Of a stretch of DNA of 64,000 nt, positions 1 through 13,507 are shown piece after piece. How positions within the stretch are numbered: the first letter of the stretch is position 1; each line of letters begins with the position of its first letter. The stretch spans positions 4,340,001-4,404,000 of the forward strand of contig JAYWIR010000001.1 of the NCBI GenBank assembly GCA_036172245.1, written 5' to 3'. The notes below the pieces were generated by a model that was not told where the DNA came from, did not search any database, and saw only the letters and a list, made by a program, of their open reading frames with translations. The translations under genes and the position numbers were made by a program. This DNA is from Raillietiella orientalis (lineage: Eukaryota).

Positions 1-699
1 AACGCGTGAGTCCTCCACTGGACGAGGAGGAGTGCGGTCTTAGACTGTGCCAGGTGCTGGAAACGGGAAACCTCATTGCACCTGTTGTTGGATTGTGTTG
101 CCCTCCTGAGTGTTTGAGAACGCTTCGTTTCGGCCCTCTCTTCCCGATGGGCAACGGCAGAGAGGCTTTGAGGCGCCTCTTCACTTGCGACTCGATGTCA
201 CCTTCAGCTTCCCTTGCTGCTCTGTGCTCCCTTCGTGAGACTGGCGGAGAGAAGCCGCGCCGAAAGAGGTCAGTCGAACAGTGAGGTCATCTCAATCGCC
301 TGCTGCTTCATAAGGAAGACAACAAAATGGCCACATCTCTGCCAACAAAAGAAGGAAGTTGCCAACATCCTCCAGAGGGTGCTGAGGACGCCAGGAAGAA
401 ATCTAATCCTTTCCCGTCCCCCTTCCCTTCCAACATTTCTAAAATGAACTTTTGTGTGTGTGTGTTTTGTTTTTGTTTACTCCTTCCCTCACTCCTGTGC
501 GGATCTCAGCGAGGAGCTGCTTACGAGAAGCACGCCTCCGAGTCATTTCCCTTCTTAGTGGTGAAGTGAAGCCACTACGAAGGAAGACATTTTGTATGTT
601 ATAAGACTGTTTTTTTATAAATATTTTTTCACAATAAATACTTCGGCATGACCGGGTGAAAACAAAATAAAATAAACAGAGTAAGGAGCTCTCGACTGC

Positions 700-1330
700 T
701 CTTCACCGGAGCCTCGACGCGTCCCGCTCATTGCGTCGTCAAGGACCGAAGAGATCCACAGAGAGTACGAAGGACGCCGGACGCTTGCCGCTGGCGGCCG
801 TCCAGAGAGGCAGAGAAGAATACCTTCGGTTGTCTTCGGATGTGAATGCGCGCTTACCAAGAAGGATGCTTGTTCCTGTCGCGGCGAAACGAGTGCGTCA
901 GGGACTGCGACTCTTCCCAGGACGGCTCGAAACCCTTCAGCGGGCTACAATCCTTCTCCTCTTCTTTCCCTCTGATTCCCCTCCTTCAATCCCCTCCTTC
1001 GACAGCGAGTGCATACGTCTCAAGTGGACACGGTCCTCCTGCTCGTCATCTCGTCTGTAGCAGCTCGCAGCGAAAGACCGGAGGCTTCTCCTGTAGTGAT
1101 ATCCAGAGCATCAGGAGTCCTCAGCTGCGTTGCCAGTAAGAAGGGTCGAAGACGCGCCACGTGGATGGAGGGGGGGATGTTTCTCGGAGCCTCCTTCGCC
1201 CCGCCTTTGTTCTGTATTCGGGATGAGTGCTGGAGCAACGTACAATTCCGAGGGAAGCTACCCTTTCCTCTTGCAGCTGAGCTACCCTTCCGAGGACGAC
1301 GACAGCCAGTGCTCGCCGAGCGACGGCGTG
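700..1330 (+). mobile_element. Decayed Ty3/Gypsy reverse transcriptase fragment
   Basis: Across frameshifts and in the expected order: EPRRVPL, YLRLSSD (~LRLCVD), ALTKKDA, SAGYNPSPL (~SAGYHQIPL), SAGATYNSE (~AGLTLNPEK). By-eye match. Confidence 0.55.
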
Positions 1331-2094
1331 GTCTTCTCGAGAGATGGTTCGAAAGACAGTGAGGAGGAGACTCGTAGAGCCGAGGACCCTTCACGAATGT
1401 CCTTGAGGGAGATCTTTGCACGATCTTGGTTAAAGGCGCATTCTTTCGATGCGCCCCAAACCAGGAGCCTCCGACAGTTTGCCCGCCACCTTTGCCTTCT
1501 AACCCTCCCCCTTTTACAGAAGAAAGCGAAGCCAAGGAACAGCAGCTTCTTTGCCGCCAGAATCGTGGGAGCCGACCTCTGCAGGTGCTTTCTTTCTTCC
1601 TTGGATAAAGGGGAAGAGAGCGCCTCGTGGCCTCTCTGCAGCCGAGGAACAGGAAGAGAAGATGCGTCCGTCCACTCTCTTGCTCATATCGCCTGCGGGC
1701 TGCGCCCTACTCCACAGCATGCCTTTGCGCGCCGGAGACGTGCCTTGTCCCCTCTGCCCTCCCCCCGAAATGGCGCTCCTTTAGGCTAAGGAAGCATGTG
1801 GCCGTCTGCGTGCGCTGAAAATGCGGAGGTCACCGGGCAAGCGAATTCCTGTTAGGAAAGTACCCACAGGCAATTCTCCCTTTATTCGAGACAGGATCAG
1901 GAGGCAAATGTCGACACGGCTCTTTCACGAGGGAAGCAAGTTGTTTGTTAACCTGGGGAGAGCGGGGAAGCTGCCTGAAGGGCCTGGAGACGCGGGGCTG
2001 CTCCCACGGGCTAAGAAACTCTCCCCGAAGGGCTGACTAACGACGGCGACCACCGGCCGGGAGGGTGGGGCGCGGCTGCTGTCGGCGGACTCCT

Positions 2095-2590
2095 CGTTCT
2101 TTTCTTCCTTATATCCATCCTCCTAGTGCTATCCCTATTCCTCTTTCTCTTCCTCCTCCTCCTGCTACTAGTCTTCCTCTTTGTATTCCTCTTCCTCCTT
2201 TTCTTACTACTACCACCATTCCTCCTCCTCCTCCTCCTCTTCCTCCTCCCCCTCCTCCCCCTCCTCCTAATACCTCTACTCCGACTCCGACTCCGATTCC
2301 TGTCCCTTTTGCTACTCATATTTCTATTCCTATTTACTATTCCTACTACTACCACTATTCTTCTTACTCCTCCTACTTCCAGTCTCATTCTTATTTCTCC
2401 TCCTCCTCCTACTACTACTAATACTACCACTACTCCTTCTACTCCTACTCCTGTTCTTATTGCGCCTCGTCTTCCTACTCCTATTCTTAATTCTTTTACT
2501 CCTCTTCCTCTTCCTCCTCCTACTCTTACCACTACTACTACTTACAATAATAATGATATCACCATCCCTTATTTCTCCTCATCTTCATGT
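2095..2590. repeat. Degenerate (CCT/CTT/ACT)n trinucleotide low-complexity tract
   Basis: Directly visible; explains the poly-P, poly-L and poly-R pseudo-ORFs. Confidence 0.95.
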
Positions 2591-3279
2591 CCTTCAAATC
2601 GGGTACTAGGAGGACGCCATTGATTCTGGTCCGCTCCTCGCTCCCGAAGAGAGAGTTCCCGAAAGCGACGAGTCCGGAGGAACGGGAAGCTCCGCACGGA
2701 ACACTCGCGCGCTCGTCTCCTGGAAATCCCGCCGTCTGCTCAGCGTCTCCCTCTGGTCTTCCCCGCTGATCCCGCTTGCCTTTCCTGCCTCGAAGACGCG
2801 CGGGAAGGCGTCCCCCCTCCACGGAGGGGGCGGCAGCGGACGGAGGACGGAGGTCCTTCGCGGTGGCGGGCGACCAAGTGGGGCGGAGGCAGCAGACCGG
2901 GTCCGCTGCACGGGAAGGCGGTGGACACGCTGGTTGTCCGCTCCACGGGTGGCTTGGCTTCCGATTTCCGGCGGGAAGACCGACAGCTCTTCGATCCGCG
3001 GAATCTCTGCGTGCGCGGAACGGCGGACGCCTCTCGCGCACGCACGCGCCGCCGTCGGACCTCGCCGCGCGCGCGGCGGCGCGACCGAGCAGCGGCGCCA
3101 TTCCGTGCGCATCCGAAAGACTACCTCGCGGAAGACACGAGCAAGTCTTTCGGATTAGGAAATCCTCGACGAAAACTTCCTTGCTCGACCCGCGTTTTTC
3201 CCGCGTGTGCGTGCATGCGTGCATGCGTGTTCTTCTTTTGGAAAGGAGGGGGGGGGGGTATGGAGAAGAGGAAAGGGTC

Positions 3280-3620
3280 ATTTGTTTTTCTACCTTTCTC
3301 TTCCCACTGCAACCTCCTCTTTCTCTTGTCAAGCTTCCGGTGGCTTCGCTCCGCGACCTGGATGGGGGTGAGCGATGCCTGACCAAGATGAGGTCAGAGG
3401 ACACTCTTGTGGAAATCCTCCGGCATTTAAGCGTGCAAATGAGTCGTGGAGAATGGGACATAGGGACGAAGGGAGCCATCAAGGGGCCAATTCCCTGAGT
3501 GGCTTCTTTAAGGATAGTGGCTCTCGGAGAAGAGGAGGAAGAGAAGAGGGGAGGAGTGCCATCCTGTGGAGAGGATGACCGGGAGACTGGGACCGGAGTG
3601 ACCAGGACCCACTCCCGAGC
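3280..3620 (+). mobile_element. Decayed LTR-retrotransposon integrase core
   Basis: FVFLPFSSHCNLLFLL (~GPLP.S.GN.Y.L), MRSEDTLVEIL, SHQGANSLSGFFKD (~SDQG.NF.S.LFKE). Confidence 0.5.
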
Positions 3621-4699
3621 TCCGAGCGGGGAAAAAATCCGGCCTGCCGGAACGCTGGAGATAAGGCTATCGACTCCTCCCCCGGAGCCACCAAGCCACC
3701 AAAGGACAGAGCCGGCGCCACGGGACACGCCCGATGCGGCGCTCATCGGAGTCCATAGAAGGTGCTGGTTGCCACGGAAACGGTAGGCGGCCGTGGGCAT
3801 CGGAGTCTCCTGAGGATTGCGCGGGTAACGACGCCGGGGAGTCAAGTCTCAGAAGCGGGGGGAGTCGAGGAACGGTTACGCTCTTCCGGGAATGCTCCAC
3901 TCCTGCGCCTCCCCTTTCCCCACGAGAGGCTTCCCCTCCTGAAGCCGACCTCTCGGGTGTCTCGGAGCTGGTACTGCCGGCGACGCACACACTACCGTCG
4001 GAAGGATCGCGACAATGGGCACAGGAGGGTTCAAGCTCTCCAGAAGGCGCTGCCTTCGGCGCAGGCCATGACGGCAGGGCAGCGGATACTCGGACGGGAG
4101 GACTGTCGCGGGCAAGGGGTTCGTGCAAACGGCCTCCGGGCGCGGTCCGAAGTACCCCGAGCGGCTGCCGCCCTCCCATGTGAAGCGGCAACCTCCGAGC
4201 GGCAACAGCAGCATCCAGTTCTTCCTTCTCTTTTCCTTTCCTACCGATGGGCTCATCCGTTACCGGGACCTCTCCCGAGAGAGAGGCGTAACCTCTCGGC
4301 AGTCCCGCGCGCACAGGCGCCAGGAACCCCTGAGGCTAGGCGCGGCGTACTTTCGCCGCAGACCGTCTCACGGAGGCGCCGCAACTTTCAGTTCCGGAGC
4401 GGCGAAGCAGGTCATCTGGAACAGGCGTTCTCCCCCGGTCCGCCCCTCCCACTCCGGGCCCGAGGCTTCTGTAGGGCTGCCAAGGATGACAGCCGCGGCG
4501 GAAGGGGAAGAGGAGACACATTTGCCATCCGACTGCCCTCTCCCTCCCTCTTCTCCCGTTCTCCGGCTCTCCTCCGCCCAGGATGCAGGACGATCCCGGC
4601 GGATGGCGCGGGTCGATGCTGCTGTGACCCAGGCCCCTGCGAGGACGGATCCAGTGTGGCCCGCCGTCTGCGTCTGCGGATTTCTCCTTCGAGACGGCG

Positions 4700-4900
4700 C
4701 TGGGCTATGGGACGCCGGGCCGGGGGTCGGCCGGCACCCGAGAGAGGGCGTGTCCTTCCGACGTCCCGTCGGCAGCGGGTCCCGGAGCCATCCGGGCCAG
4801 CGAAAGACGCCCATTATCCGGGCCCAAATCCCCCCATTCCGCTCCACTAATCGTCTTGAAGGAATTGGGTTCACCCCAATTTGCCCGCAGCTGCTAATGG
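4700..4900 (-). mobile_element. Possible integrase zinc-finger region relic
   Basis: GQIGVNP...RIMGVFRWPGWLRD (~GHLG...RL...FYWPGM.KD) within ORF 4368..4949. Confidence 0.3.
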
Positions 4901-5469
4901 GAAGCGGCGGAAGAAGGAAGGGGGGGGGAAACCAAAAATCCCGTCTCATTGTTTTTTCCCCTTCCCGGAGATCCTGGAAAGCACATTCTCCCCGGTGGAT
5001 TCGCGAATTAATCAGGACTTCGTTGTCGATTCCATCGGTATCCCCGGGATTAATGCATCCCGGAATCGGAGCCGGTACTGCCGGGAGACACGGATCCAGA
5101 ACAGCAGGTTCGCAGCGGCGACAGACGCGAGGGCGTCCAGGAAGCGCCTCCTAGATCCGGCAAGCGGGACCGTGAAGGGAGGGGGGTCCCCTCGGGGACC
5201 TCGGCGAGGCCGCGAGCGCCCACGGGGTTCTCACCACCGTCAGGAGGAAGCGGCTTGGGCCTACGCACTTGCCCTCGTATGCACGCAGGCATGCACGCAA
5301 TCACGCGGGGGATGGGCAGCCCGTGCAGCAGCCGCGCGCGCTCGATAGTCGGCATGGAGGAGGGGGGGGGTCCAAGCTGAGCGTCGCCGGACGCACGCGA
5401 GGAACGCGGGAGTTCTGACGACGGGATTTTCAGCAGCTGCTGCATGGATGGATGGAACGAACCCCTCCG

Positions 5470-5610
5470 CAGCTTCTTCTTCTCCCCCCTTCTTCCTCCT
5501 CCTCTTCCTTCTCCTTTCTCTTCTCTTCCTTCTTCCTTTTTTCCTTCTTCTTCCACTTCTCTTCCTCCTCCTCCTCCTCTTCCTCCTTCCTTTCTCCTTT
5601 TCTTCTTTCT
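5470..5610. repeat. (CTT/CCT)n polypyrimidine tract
   Basis: Directly visible. Confidence 0.95.
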
Positions 5611-7199
5611 TGCCGTTCGAGCCACAACCGGATTGCATGCTCAGACGGGGACTGAAGTCCAGGAAGGAAAGGTGTTTCTTCAGTCTGGACCCCCCTAGTC
5701 GGTGCATCTAGAGGATTCTCCGGGGTCTGCGGAGGCCGGAAGAACCTCCTGCGACCTGTCTTGCGACCTTCTTCCCTTTCCACACTCTCAGCTCTTTCTC
5801 TGCAGACGGTCTCGACGTCTTTCCACGGCGACCGATGCTTTCCTGGAAGTCCCGACCGACCACAGGTTGCCGAGAATCCCCTTCCGGGAGACCATCTGAA
5901 GAAGCAAACAGAGATGACCGCGGGAGGGTATCTCATATCTCATGAGGACAGGTTCCCTGAACCTTTCTCAGGAGCTTCCTGCAATCCGAAGCTTCCGATC
6001 TTCCGGGAAGGACCGTCGGGCCGGCGATCCCGCTGCTCTCGCGAGGTGTACGCCTGCAGCTTCCCCTCCCTTCCTCTGCTGGCTTTCTCTGTCTGGATCG
6101 AGGGATAAGGGGAGTCTCTGGGCCCCTGCCTCCTCTTCCTTGGCTCGCCTGTCTCTCATTCCTTTCCGACGGCAAGAAGATGGAGGTCCCTGAGGGAAAG
6201 AGAGGGGGAGGCGTCGATGGTCGACTGGGGGCGTTTCCACGGGGGGCATCCTGGCAGCATCTCTCACCTGCATGACAACGCTTGTTCCCCGAGGGACGCC
6301 CTTTGATCCTCGAGAGTGGCTTTCTCGAAGACGCTACGGGTCGCCGTTGCGACCGCGCGACGGGAGGGGCTCATCCTCCGGCAGGAGCTCTGCTCTGCCC
6401 TTTTTTACCGCGACGTTCCTCTTCGCCGACCCACGAGTTGCCTCTTTCTCTCGAGCGGGGAACAGGATCTCAGCGGGGAATGACTTGGATGGGGAGGAGG
6501 GAACATCCTTCTTCCTAAGAAGGAAAAACCGGACTTTCGAGCGGGCCCTCGGAGCGAAAGCACAGCCGCTGCGGATGCAGGCTGGGCGAGCCGGTCGCCA
6601 CGAGCCAACCTGGAGGAAGAAAAGAGCGGGAAGACGGATCCAGCATCTCTAAGGGGGAGGAAGCTTGGGTCACTCCGGCTGGTGGTCATCGCGACGACAG
6701 GAGAGCTCCACGGCACCGAAGCCTCAGAGGAGTTGAGGGCCGTCGCCAGTTGTCGGCAGAGGCGCCGAGGAAGGAGTCCATCCCCGATTCACCTCCTCAG
6801 ACTTCGGGGAAAGGGGTCCTCTTTCGCGTTGGAAGCGAGGGAAGATCGTGGGGCAGCAGCGCCGCAACCGTGGCCGGGAGCGCTGCCTCCGCCAACTGGC
6901 GCTTCGACAGCGGCGGCGACGGCGCCGAGAGCCAAGTCACAGTTTCGCAGATCGGAAAAGGGCGTACGACGCCCCTTGGCGTCCCCAGGCAGCTTTGAGA
7001 GGGAGGAACTAGAGGAGAGGAGACTCCCAGGTGTTCCGGGGCTGCCCCCCAAGTCGGCAGTCCGACTCTCTTGCTTGTGGTACCGTCGAATCGTGAGGTG
7101 TGACTCCTCTTTCCCTTCTGAGGAGGGCGGAGAGGGGCCGAGGAGCATCTCGCCGGCCATCCCTTTCCCTTCCAGAAGCGCACGCCCTTTCGGGAGTTC

Positions 7200-8800
7200 C
7201 CTTTCCCCGAGCGGTCAGGCGTGAGAAAAGGAGGAGCAGCGCGCGGTCGCCTGGCAACGGCATCGATCCAGAGTGTTCCTCCCATACCCCTTTCTCAGCC
7301 AGCCGCCCTTCGAGGAACTTCCTGCGGAAGCCCTTCGAACCGCCACCTCACGGGGAAACGGCTGATACGATCGGCCTCGGGCGCTGACCTTCGAAGATCT
7401 CGGAGGAGAAAGAGAAAGGGAGGAAGAGGAGGAGTGGAAAGGGAGGAAGGGAAGAAGAGCAGCAGGAAAGCGAGCAGGCCAAGGGAAGGGGTCAATAGAT
7501 GAGATGAAAGGCGAGGGGAAGATTCGAGTACCACAGAGAGCAGCCGACGGACCTCGCGCGAGAATGCCAGCCGAAGTTCCAGGGACCGAACGTGGAGGGG
7601 TCATTGCCGCTTGATGGAGATGACTCAAGTTGGCCGGAGGGAGTGGGCACTGCGAGCTCCTGTGGGGGAGTGGAGCTGGTTGGTTGTGCGCTGAAGCCTG
7701 CCATCGCGCCCGGGATGAAAAGGGGAGGGAGGCAGATCCATGGGTCACGCCCTGCAGATACGCCATGCTCTCGTTAGAGAGAAGCCCCGAAAAGATTGCA
7801 TGCAATTCGTAGCCTCTTCCATTCTGATGGGAGCAGCATGCTGCCGCCTCCGGCCATCAACCTTCCAGTGCGCGCGACCCGAACATCCTTCCTTCTCTCT
7901 CCTCGGACTAAGATGGAAGGGACACGGGCACGCGCTCGCTCGCCCTGCCTGAATCTTCTTCGCCACCCCGGGAACACCCACCCCATTGCCTGCCAAGAAA
8001 ATCCGGTGCTAGTGACCTCTTCTTGTCTCTGGACCTCTCCTCGTTAGATGAGGAACAGCATCGCCATCGCTCTGGCGCATTCTGTGCGGCCGGAGGGGTG
8101 AGCCCTTCCCCATGCAACCACACCCAAGTGTAGCTCCCCCCTTGCTCTCTGATCTCCTGCAAGGGCTCCCCCGAGCCACTCCAACCTCCCTCCTGCGAGT
8201 CAGACAAAACAGCCTCCCTTCTCCTGCGGAGAGTTTCTTAGGAGACGCGGGGAGGAGAGCCCTGCCAAAGCAAGCGGTTCTTCCATGCACGAGAAGGTCC
8301 TGTGGAGCGCTCTAGGGGTGTCGTCAAGAAAGAAGGGAAGAGGAGGAGGGATGGACCCGGTCAGCATCATCCGAGGAACCGATCAAAGAGGTAGATCCCT
8401 CTATTCGAGATGCCTAAGGGGATCTGGAACAGAGCTTCCTATGGTGGCCGCCAAGGTCCGGGGTAATGTCTGGCGCCATCCCATGCCTCTGTCTGAGCTC
8501 TATAGACTCCCGTTTGCTTCGAAGTTTCCTGTTCTTCCTTCATCTCACCCCGAATCCGGAGGAAAAGTTCCTTCAGTGTCCCTTCGAAGGGAACCTCTCT
8601 CGGCCTCCTCCTACGAGGTCCGGTGCTCTCTTGCGTGCAAGGGAGAACCGATTATTGCCCGGCAGCGAAGTGGAAGGCATGGCATCTTTGAGGTGTAACC
8701 AGGACCTCCTCCGGAGGCCCTGAACTCCTCTTCAATCACTTTTCGGAACGATGATGGAGCATTAGGGACTCCCATAAAGAAGTTTGGTTCTATCATCAAC
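7200..8800 (-). mobile_element. Decayed Ty3/Gypsy pol (RT through RNase H end)
   Basis: FFMGVPNAPSSFRKVIEEEF (~MPFGL.NAPSTFQR.M) near 8780-8720; ADRISRFP (~ADALSRLP) near 7370. Confidence 0.45.
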
Positions 8801-9103
8801 TATTCCTTCTCGAACTCTTGTTCCTTTCCTCTTCCCGCTCTTCTTTTATTCCTCCTCCATTCCTTCTTTCTTCTCCTCTCTTCCTCGTCCCTTTCTCCTT
8901 CTTCTCATCCGAGATCTTCGAAGGTCAGCGCCCGAGGCCGATCGTATCAGCCGTCTCCCTGTGAGATGGCGATTCGAAGGGCTTCTGCATGGAGTTCCCC
9001 CAAAGGCGGCTGGCTGAGAAAGGGGTAGGGGAGGGACACTCTAGATCGATGCTGTTGCCAGGCGGCCGCAAGCTGCTCCTCCTTTTCTCACGCCTGACCG
9101 CTC
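7209..9103. repeat. Inverted duplication; arms about 7209-7430 and 8875-9103
   Basis: Arms align over about 220 bp, with a 47-nt perfect reverse-complement core (7358-7404 versus 8908-8954). Confidence 0.95.
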
Positions 9104-9700
9104 CAGGAAAAAGAACTTGCAGACGTCCATCTTCCTCCCCCCTTCTCAGTGGCCTCACGTCGTCGGCCACCTTGAAGGACAGCCGCTGCAGGATCGAATC
9201 ACCTAGCGTCTGACGTCCTCGCCAGTGAAGCATCCCTTCGGGTAGGCAGCGCAGCGTCCATTCGAGCTACGGGGAAGCTCCTCAACCGGGCAACGACTCA
9301 AGATGGCGAGCTGCCTCCCTTCGGAACCCCAGCTTAGCACCCTCGTCCGTGAAGCTTAGGAGAGTCACGCCCCGAGCAGTCTGCGATCCCCCGGAGAGCG
9401 GTCCGGGTGGGCGCGAACTCGGGTCTGCCCCTAACGTTCAGTTCGTTTACGAGGACGCAGCACCTCCCTACCTAAAGAGGGAGTCCTCCGGTCCCCGCGC
9501 GAGCGGTTGCTGACTACCCCTAATTTTGCGTTCTACCAACAAGCTGATGATACCTGGTTACCTGCACTCAAAAGCGTCATCATCGCCCTCGCAGTATCGC
9601 CGACAATCAAAAACCTAACGTGATGGAAAGCTGCTTCAGCCTTCCGATCCTCCCGTGCAAAGGTCCTAGAAGAGTGGGCAGCAGAAGGGGTCCAAAGTTC
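8875..9700 (+). mobile_element. Decayed Ty3/Gypsy pol (RNase H end plus integrase)
   Basis: ADRISRLPV, QWPHVVGHLE, IPSGRQRSVHSSYG, SRWRAASLRN, TPRAVCD, PPY..., RERLLTT, DTWLPALKSVIIAL, in integrase order. Confidence 0.5.
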
Positions 9701-10469
9701 CCGGAAGAACTGGTGCAGCCAATAGTGGTCGAGGGAAAGAAAGAGGAGGAAAAGGTGAAGCCAACGACTACGGCAACGCAAAGAACGACCCGACGGGCTT
9801 CGAGGAGGCGCCTCAGGCGAGCCGTCGACCGGGCAACTCCTGAAGATGGCGAGGTGCTTCTTCGAAGACCCAGCCGTTCCGGCGTACCTGAGCCGATCCA
9901 GTCCTCCGATTCGGCATCTCCCAAGCAACCACCCCTGCTCCTTGAGGAATGCCCGACTCGACCGCTGACATTCGTCTGACGCGGAAACCCCACAACAAAA
10001 AAGATGCGCTGGGAACTCTAGCGCTTTTGTGGATCCAAACGAACTCCTGAGAAGCCCCGCTCTTCGCTGCCCACTCGCTCTCCAGTCGACTTCGCGGTCA
10101 TCAGGGAACACGTCGCTCGCAACGGTCCCCTTGACCACCCCTTTGTCTCCCTCACCACGGCGTAAAATTCGGCAACGCGGAACGAGGAAGTCGTATGCAA
10201 CGATGTCTTCTTCAGTCCGTGCCATCAGACAAACAGCTGCTTGCTGTGGAACCAGCCCTTGGAAGCGCGCGCGAGCGAAAGTCGTTCAGCTTGGCACTCG
10301 GTAGCTCCGGGACGCTGTTTCACGTCGACACGACCGAGACCCGAAGGCTCGCATGGAGGACCGTGGGCTGCACCCCCCGGCCACCCACTTGCAGGTCGGC
10401 CGCGGGGAAGGACACCCTGGGAGATAGGGAGACGAGTAGGATTCGATCCCTTTAGCACACGCGCGGTGT

Positions 10470-11950
10470 GTAGGTCTCTAGGGAAAGGAGGATGCCTCGC
10501 CCCTTTGTCGGATGAACCTGCGAGCCGGAGGGGAAGAGCAACGACAAGGCCGCGAGCTTGGGGAAAGGGTCAGGTGGGGTGCATGCATGGGCTACACTCG
10601 AAGAGATCCTGCGAACGGGGTCTCCTTGTGGCTAACGGGACGCGCAGGGAGACCGCTCCTGAGCTTCACAAAGGGGTTCCAGCCTCTCGGGTATGGGGAT
10701 GGCAGAGTCGGAAGGAGGAAGCCCCCTTATTCCTCATCCTCAAAAAAAATGGGTCGGAAAAAGTCCGGGATGGGAGGGCGGAGGTCCAACGAGCGAACAA
10801 ACCAAAGACGGTGCGGGCGGGGTATCTGGGACTTCCTGGAACCGGCGCTGGGTGGCGCCGAGCTGCTCCTCGACTTCCTTTCTCCGAGGCGAGGCCGCCC
10901 TCGCGTAGGCAGCGCGCGGGAGCCCTCCTTTCTTCGCTGAGCTTGCGCCAGCACGTGGTGGGCCATAGTGGCGGCCCGGACGCGACCCGGACGCAGCCCG
11001 TCCCCCTGGCGCTAGGGAGCTGACAGCTGCCGCGCCGCATCTACCTCACGATGGCGCTCCGGCTGCGCGCGATCGCCACAGCGTATCGTGTGGCCAGCGT
11101 AGTCCAGCCCTGAGGTGGTCAGGCAGCGTTCTCGTCCACAGGAGAAATTCCGAGAGCACCGAGACCCTGTCACGTCCATGGCGACGACCTCTGCCCTTCG
11201 GCAGGGTTAGCTTCGCCTACCGCGGGTAGAGGTGGCACCCTTGCCGCTGCAGCGGGGCAGGCTGCGTCGGATGCCATCTCTAGGGCAGCGCGTGCTCATG
11301 TCCAATGCTGCTTCCCGCCTCCAGTCGCTGCAGTCCGCCACTGGCCTGTGGGCGATGCACTCATGCAGAGGTCAGCGAGATAGCAACGGGGGACGCCCCG
11401 GGGATCTCCTCCCTGGCGCGATAAAGGCGGGCTTTCGCGTCCTGCGTTGAGCCTCAGCGGTTCGCTGAAGCTCCTGGAGGCGCGGCTGGCGCCAGCGCTC
11501 GTTCTGGTAGCGTACCATCAGCGTCAGCCTCCATAGTCCCGTAGTCGGTGTCCCTCCCCTTCCAGGGTGGGCATCCGTCCAGGAGGAAGCGGGCAGGTAA
11601 GATGCCTGAGCGCCTGCGTAGCCTCCGGCAGGAGGGAGCGCCACCCAGAAGCCGTCACCAAGGAGGGCGACGGTTCGCTCTTCCGAGCGGGAGGCTGCGA
11701 TCCCGCAGCCCACCTCCCTGAGGGTAGCCCGTGTCCAGAAATCTTGCGCTCTTTCTCCTACAATGCATAGTCGATCCCTTCCAGGGGGGTCCCGGAGAGC
11801 GCAGCGAGCTTCCGCCTTGTGGAGACCGCGTGAGCGTGCGGAATGGGTAGCTGCTCACGAGCCAATGACGTCATCCCGCATTCTTTTTGGATGCCCCGGA
11901 GGCGACGAGAGACCCTCCTCAAGCGTGAAAATCTCTCAGGGGGGTCACGT
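10470..11950 (+). mobile_element. Decayed Ty3/Gypsy pol (RT, RNase H, start of integrase)
   Basis: LSFTKGF (~LDLTKGY), RTNQRRC, LLLDFL, SATGLWAM (~AS..GLGAV), LVLVAYHQ (~F.LVTDH), GWASVQE, HSFWMP, in order. Confidence 0.5.
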
Positions 11951-12399
11951 GGAGCCGGAGCCGCCCTGACCCCTCCCTCGAAGGCGTACGGCCAGGTGGT
12001 CTCTGGTTTGCCCTTTGATGGCGCCGCTGCAGTCGCGACCACCTTTGGGGAGGGGGGGGGAGTGAGCGCGCGCGCGGCAGCGGCCGAGACCTACTGGACC
12101 CGGACTTCACTTTGCGTCGGGCTGCGCGACGGTTCCACGCTGCGACGGTAGACGCCCTCCTTTCCTCCCCCCTTCAAGAGACCACAGTCCTTGGGGACTG
12201 CGATCTCCACGAAAACACTCCCAGGTCGACAGTCTGCGAGAACTCGGAAAGCACCAGGGACGACCTCCATGGCGACCCAGGCCGAGAGAGCTGATGGACT
12301 CGAATCCTTCCCTCCGCGTCCCAAATTCGTGCGCCCGGCTACCCTGCTTTCGAGGGGGACGGGGAAGGGAAGGAGGAACGAAGGCCAGCCGGGGAGCGC

Positions 12400-13340
12400 A
12401 GTATGCTGCGGATGACCCTCCTCGAGAGCGGCGATCCCCACCCCCCTTCGAGTGAGTTGCAGGGTCTAGGAGGGAGGACCTTGACCTAGGCCCTGGACAC
12501 CTTCACCAGACCCACCTCCCAGCACCTCCCCAGGGGATCCGAGCGGCTCTCCGCGAGAAACTCCCGGCATATCCAGATCTCTTCCCGTAGCGAGGCTCCA
12601 GGACGCGCGACAGGGGAAGTCCCTGCGGATCCATTCAAGAATTCGGAGGATCCGCGAACTCTGCAGACCAGCTCTCCCTGGCAACGGGTGAGACGGCCCC
12701 CCTCTTTCTCCTGTGCCTCATCGACCCTGACTTCCTGGAAGGGGTTCCTCCAGTGAGCACCGAGCTGCCCTCCCGGGACGCTCGCGCACCTCAAGAGCTG
12801 CATACCTGGAGGCGGCATCAAAGTCGCTTCGGGGAACTCCAGATCGGTAACTCCGAGGCGTGGGATGACTGATCCCTGCTGCCGCAGCACGTCCGGACTG
12901 CGCCGCTACGCATGCTGCCCCTTCTTCTTACCTCACCATGACCCAGTACGGTCGAGGACGACCACTCAGCATCGGAACCGCACCCTGACCAGACCCTGTC
13001 CCTTGTGCGAGGGTCACTAAGGCATGGGAATTTATCTCGCCCTCGGGTGTGGAGGAAAGCGTCCCCCTATCGTGCGCGCCGATTGCCCAGAGGCATATCC
13101 CAGCTCTTCCGTGCCGGGTCCCGTCTCACCCTCACCAGGGGTCACGACTCGGTGCCTCCCTCCCTTCCAAAAGCGCCAGAGCTTCTGTTCCTCTTCCTCA
13201 TCAGGGTTACGTTTCCAGGTGCACACCGCCTCCACCTGGAAGCAGGGTACAGGTGGTCAGGGGTCACTTGAAGGTTACCGATTCCTCCTTGGATGTCAGC
13301 CGTGCCTTCAGCAGGAGGAACTCTACCTGAAAGGCTGACG
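12400..13340 (+). mobile_element. Decayed Ty3/Gypsy RT end and RNase H start
   Basis: RGISQLFRAGSRLTLTRGHD...KAPELLF, RFQVHTAS (~PF.LHTDAS), DVSRAFSRRNST (~YASR.LS..RNYST). Confidence 0.55.
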
Positions 13341-13507
13341 TGGTGCTCACTAGGAAGCGGGGAGGCGCCCGGATGAAGGTGCAACCGAAGTCACGGCGCT
13401 AGAGACCGGTGTTGACTGAGCTCCCGCCGGAACGGCAGCGTGGTCGTCGCCCCTGAATCTCACCCTCCTCTGGTGTCGCCTCACTACCCCGGGATCCCCC
13501 GACGATA

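Noticed and set aside
600..680. AATAAA cluster as the 3' end of an upstream gene, and ORF 214..447 as a SOCS-box exon
   Set aside because: The similarity is weak and the AT-rich stretch runs straight into the RT relic at about 700, so it is more likely part of that relic.
2011..2623. Membrane protein (poly-L/F) or protamine-like (poly-R) ORFs
   Set aside because: These are translations of a trinucleotide low-complexity tract.
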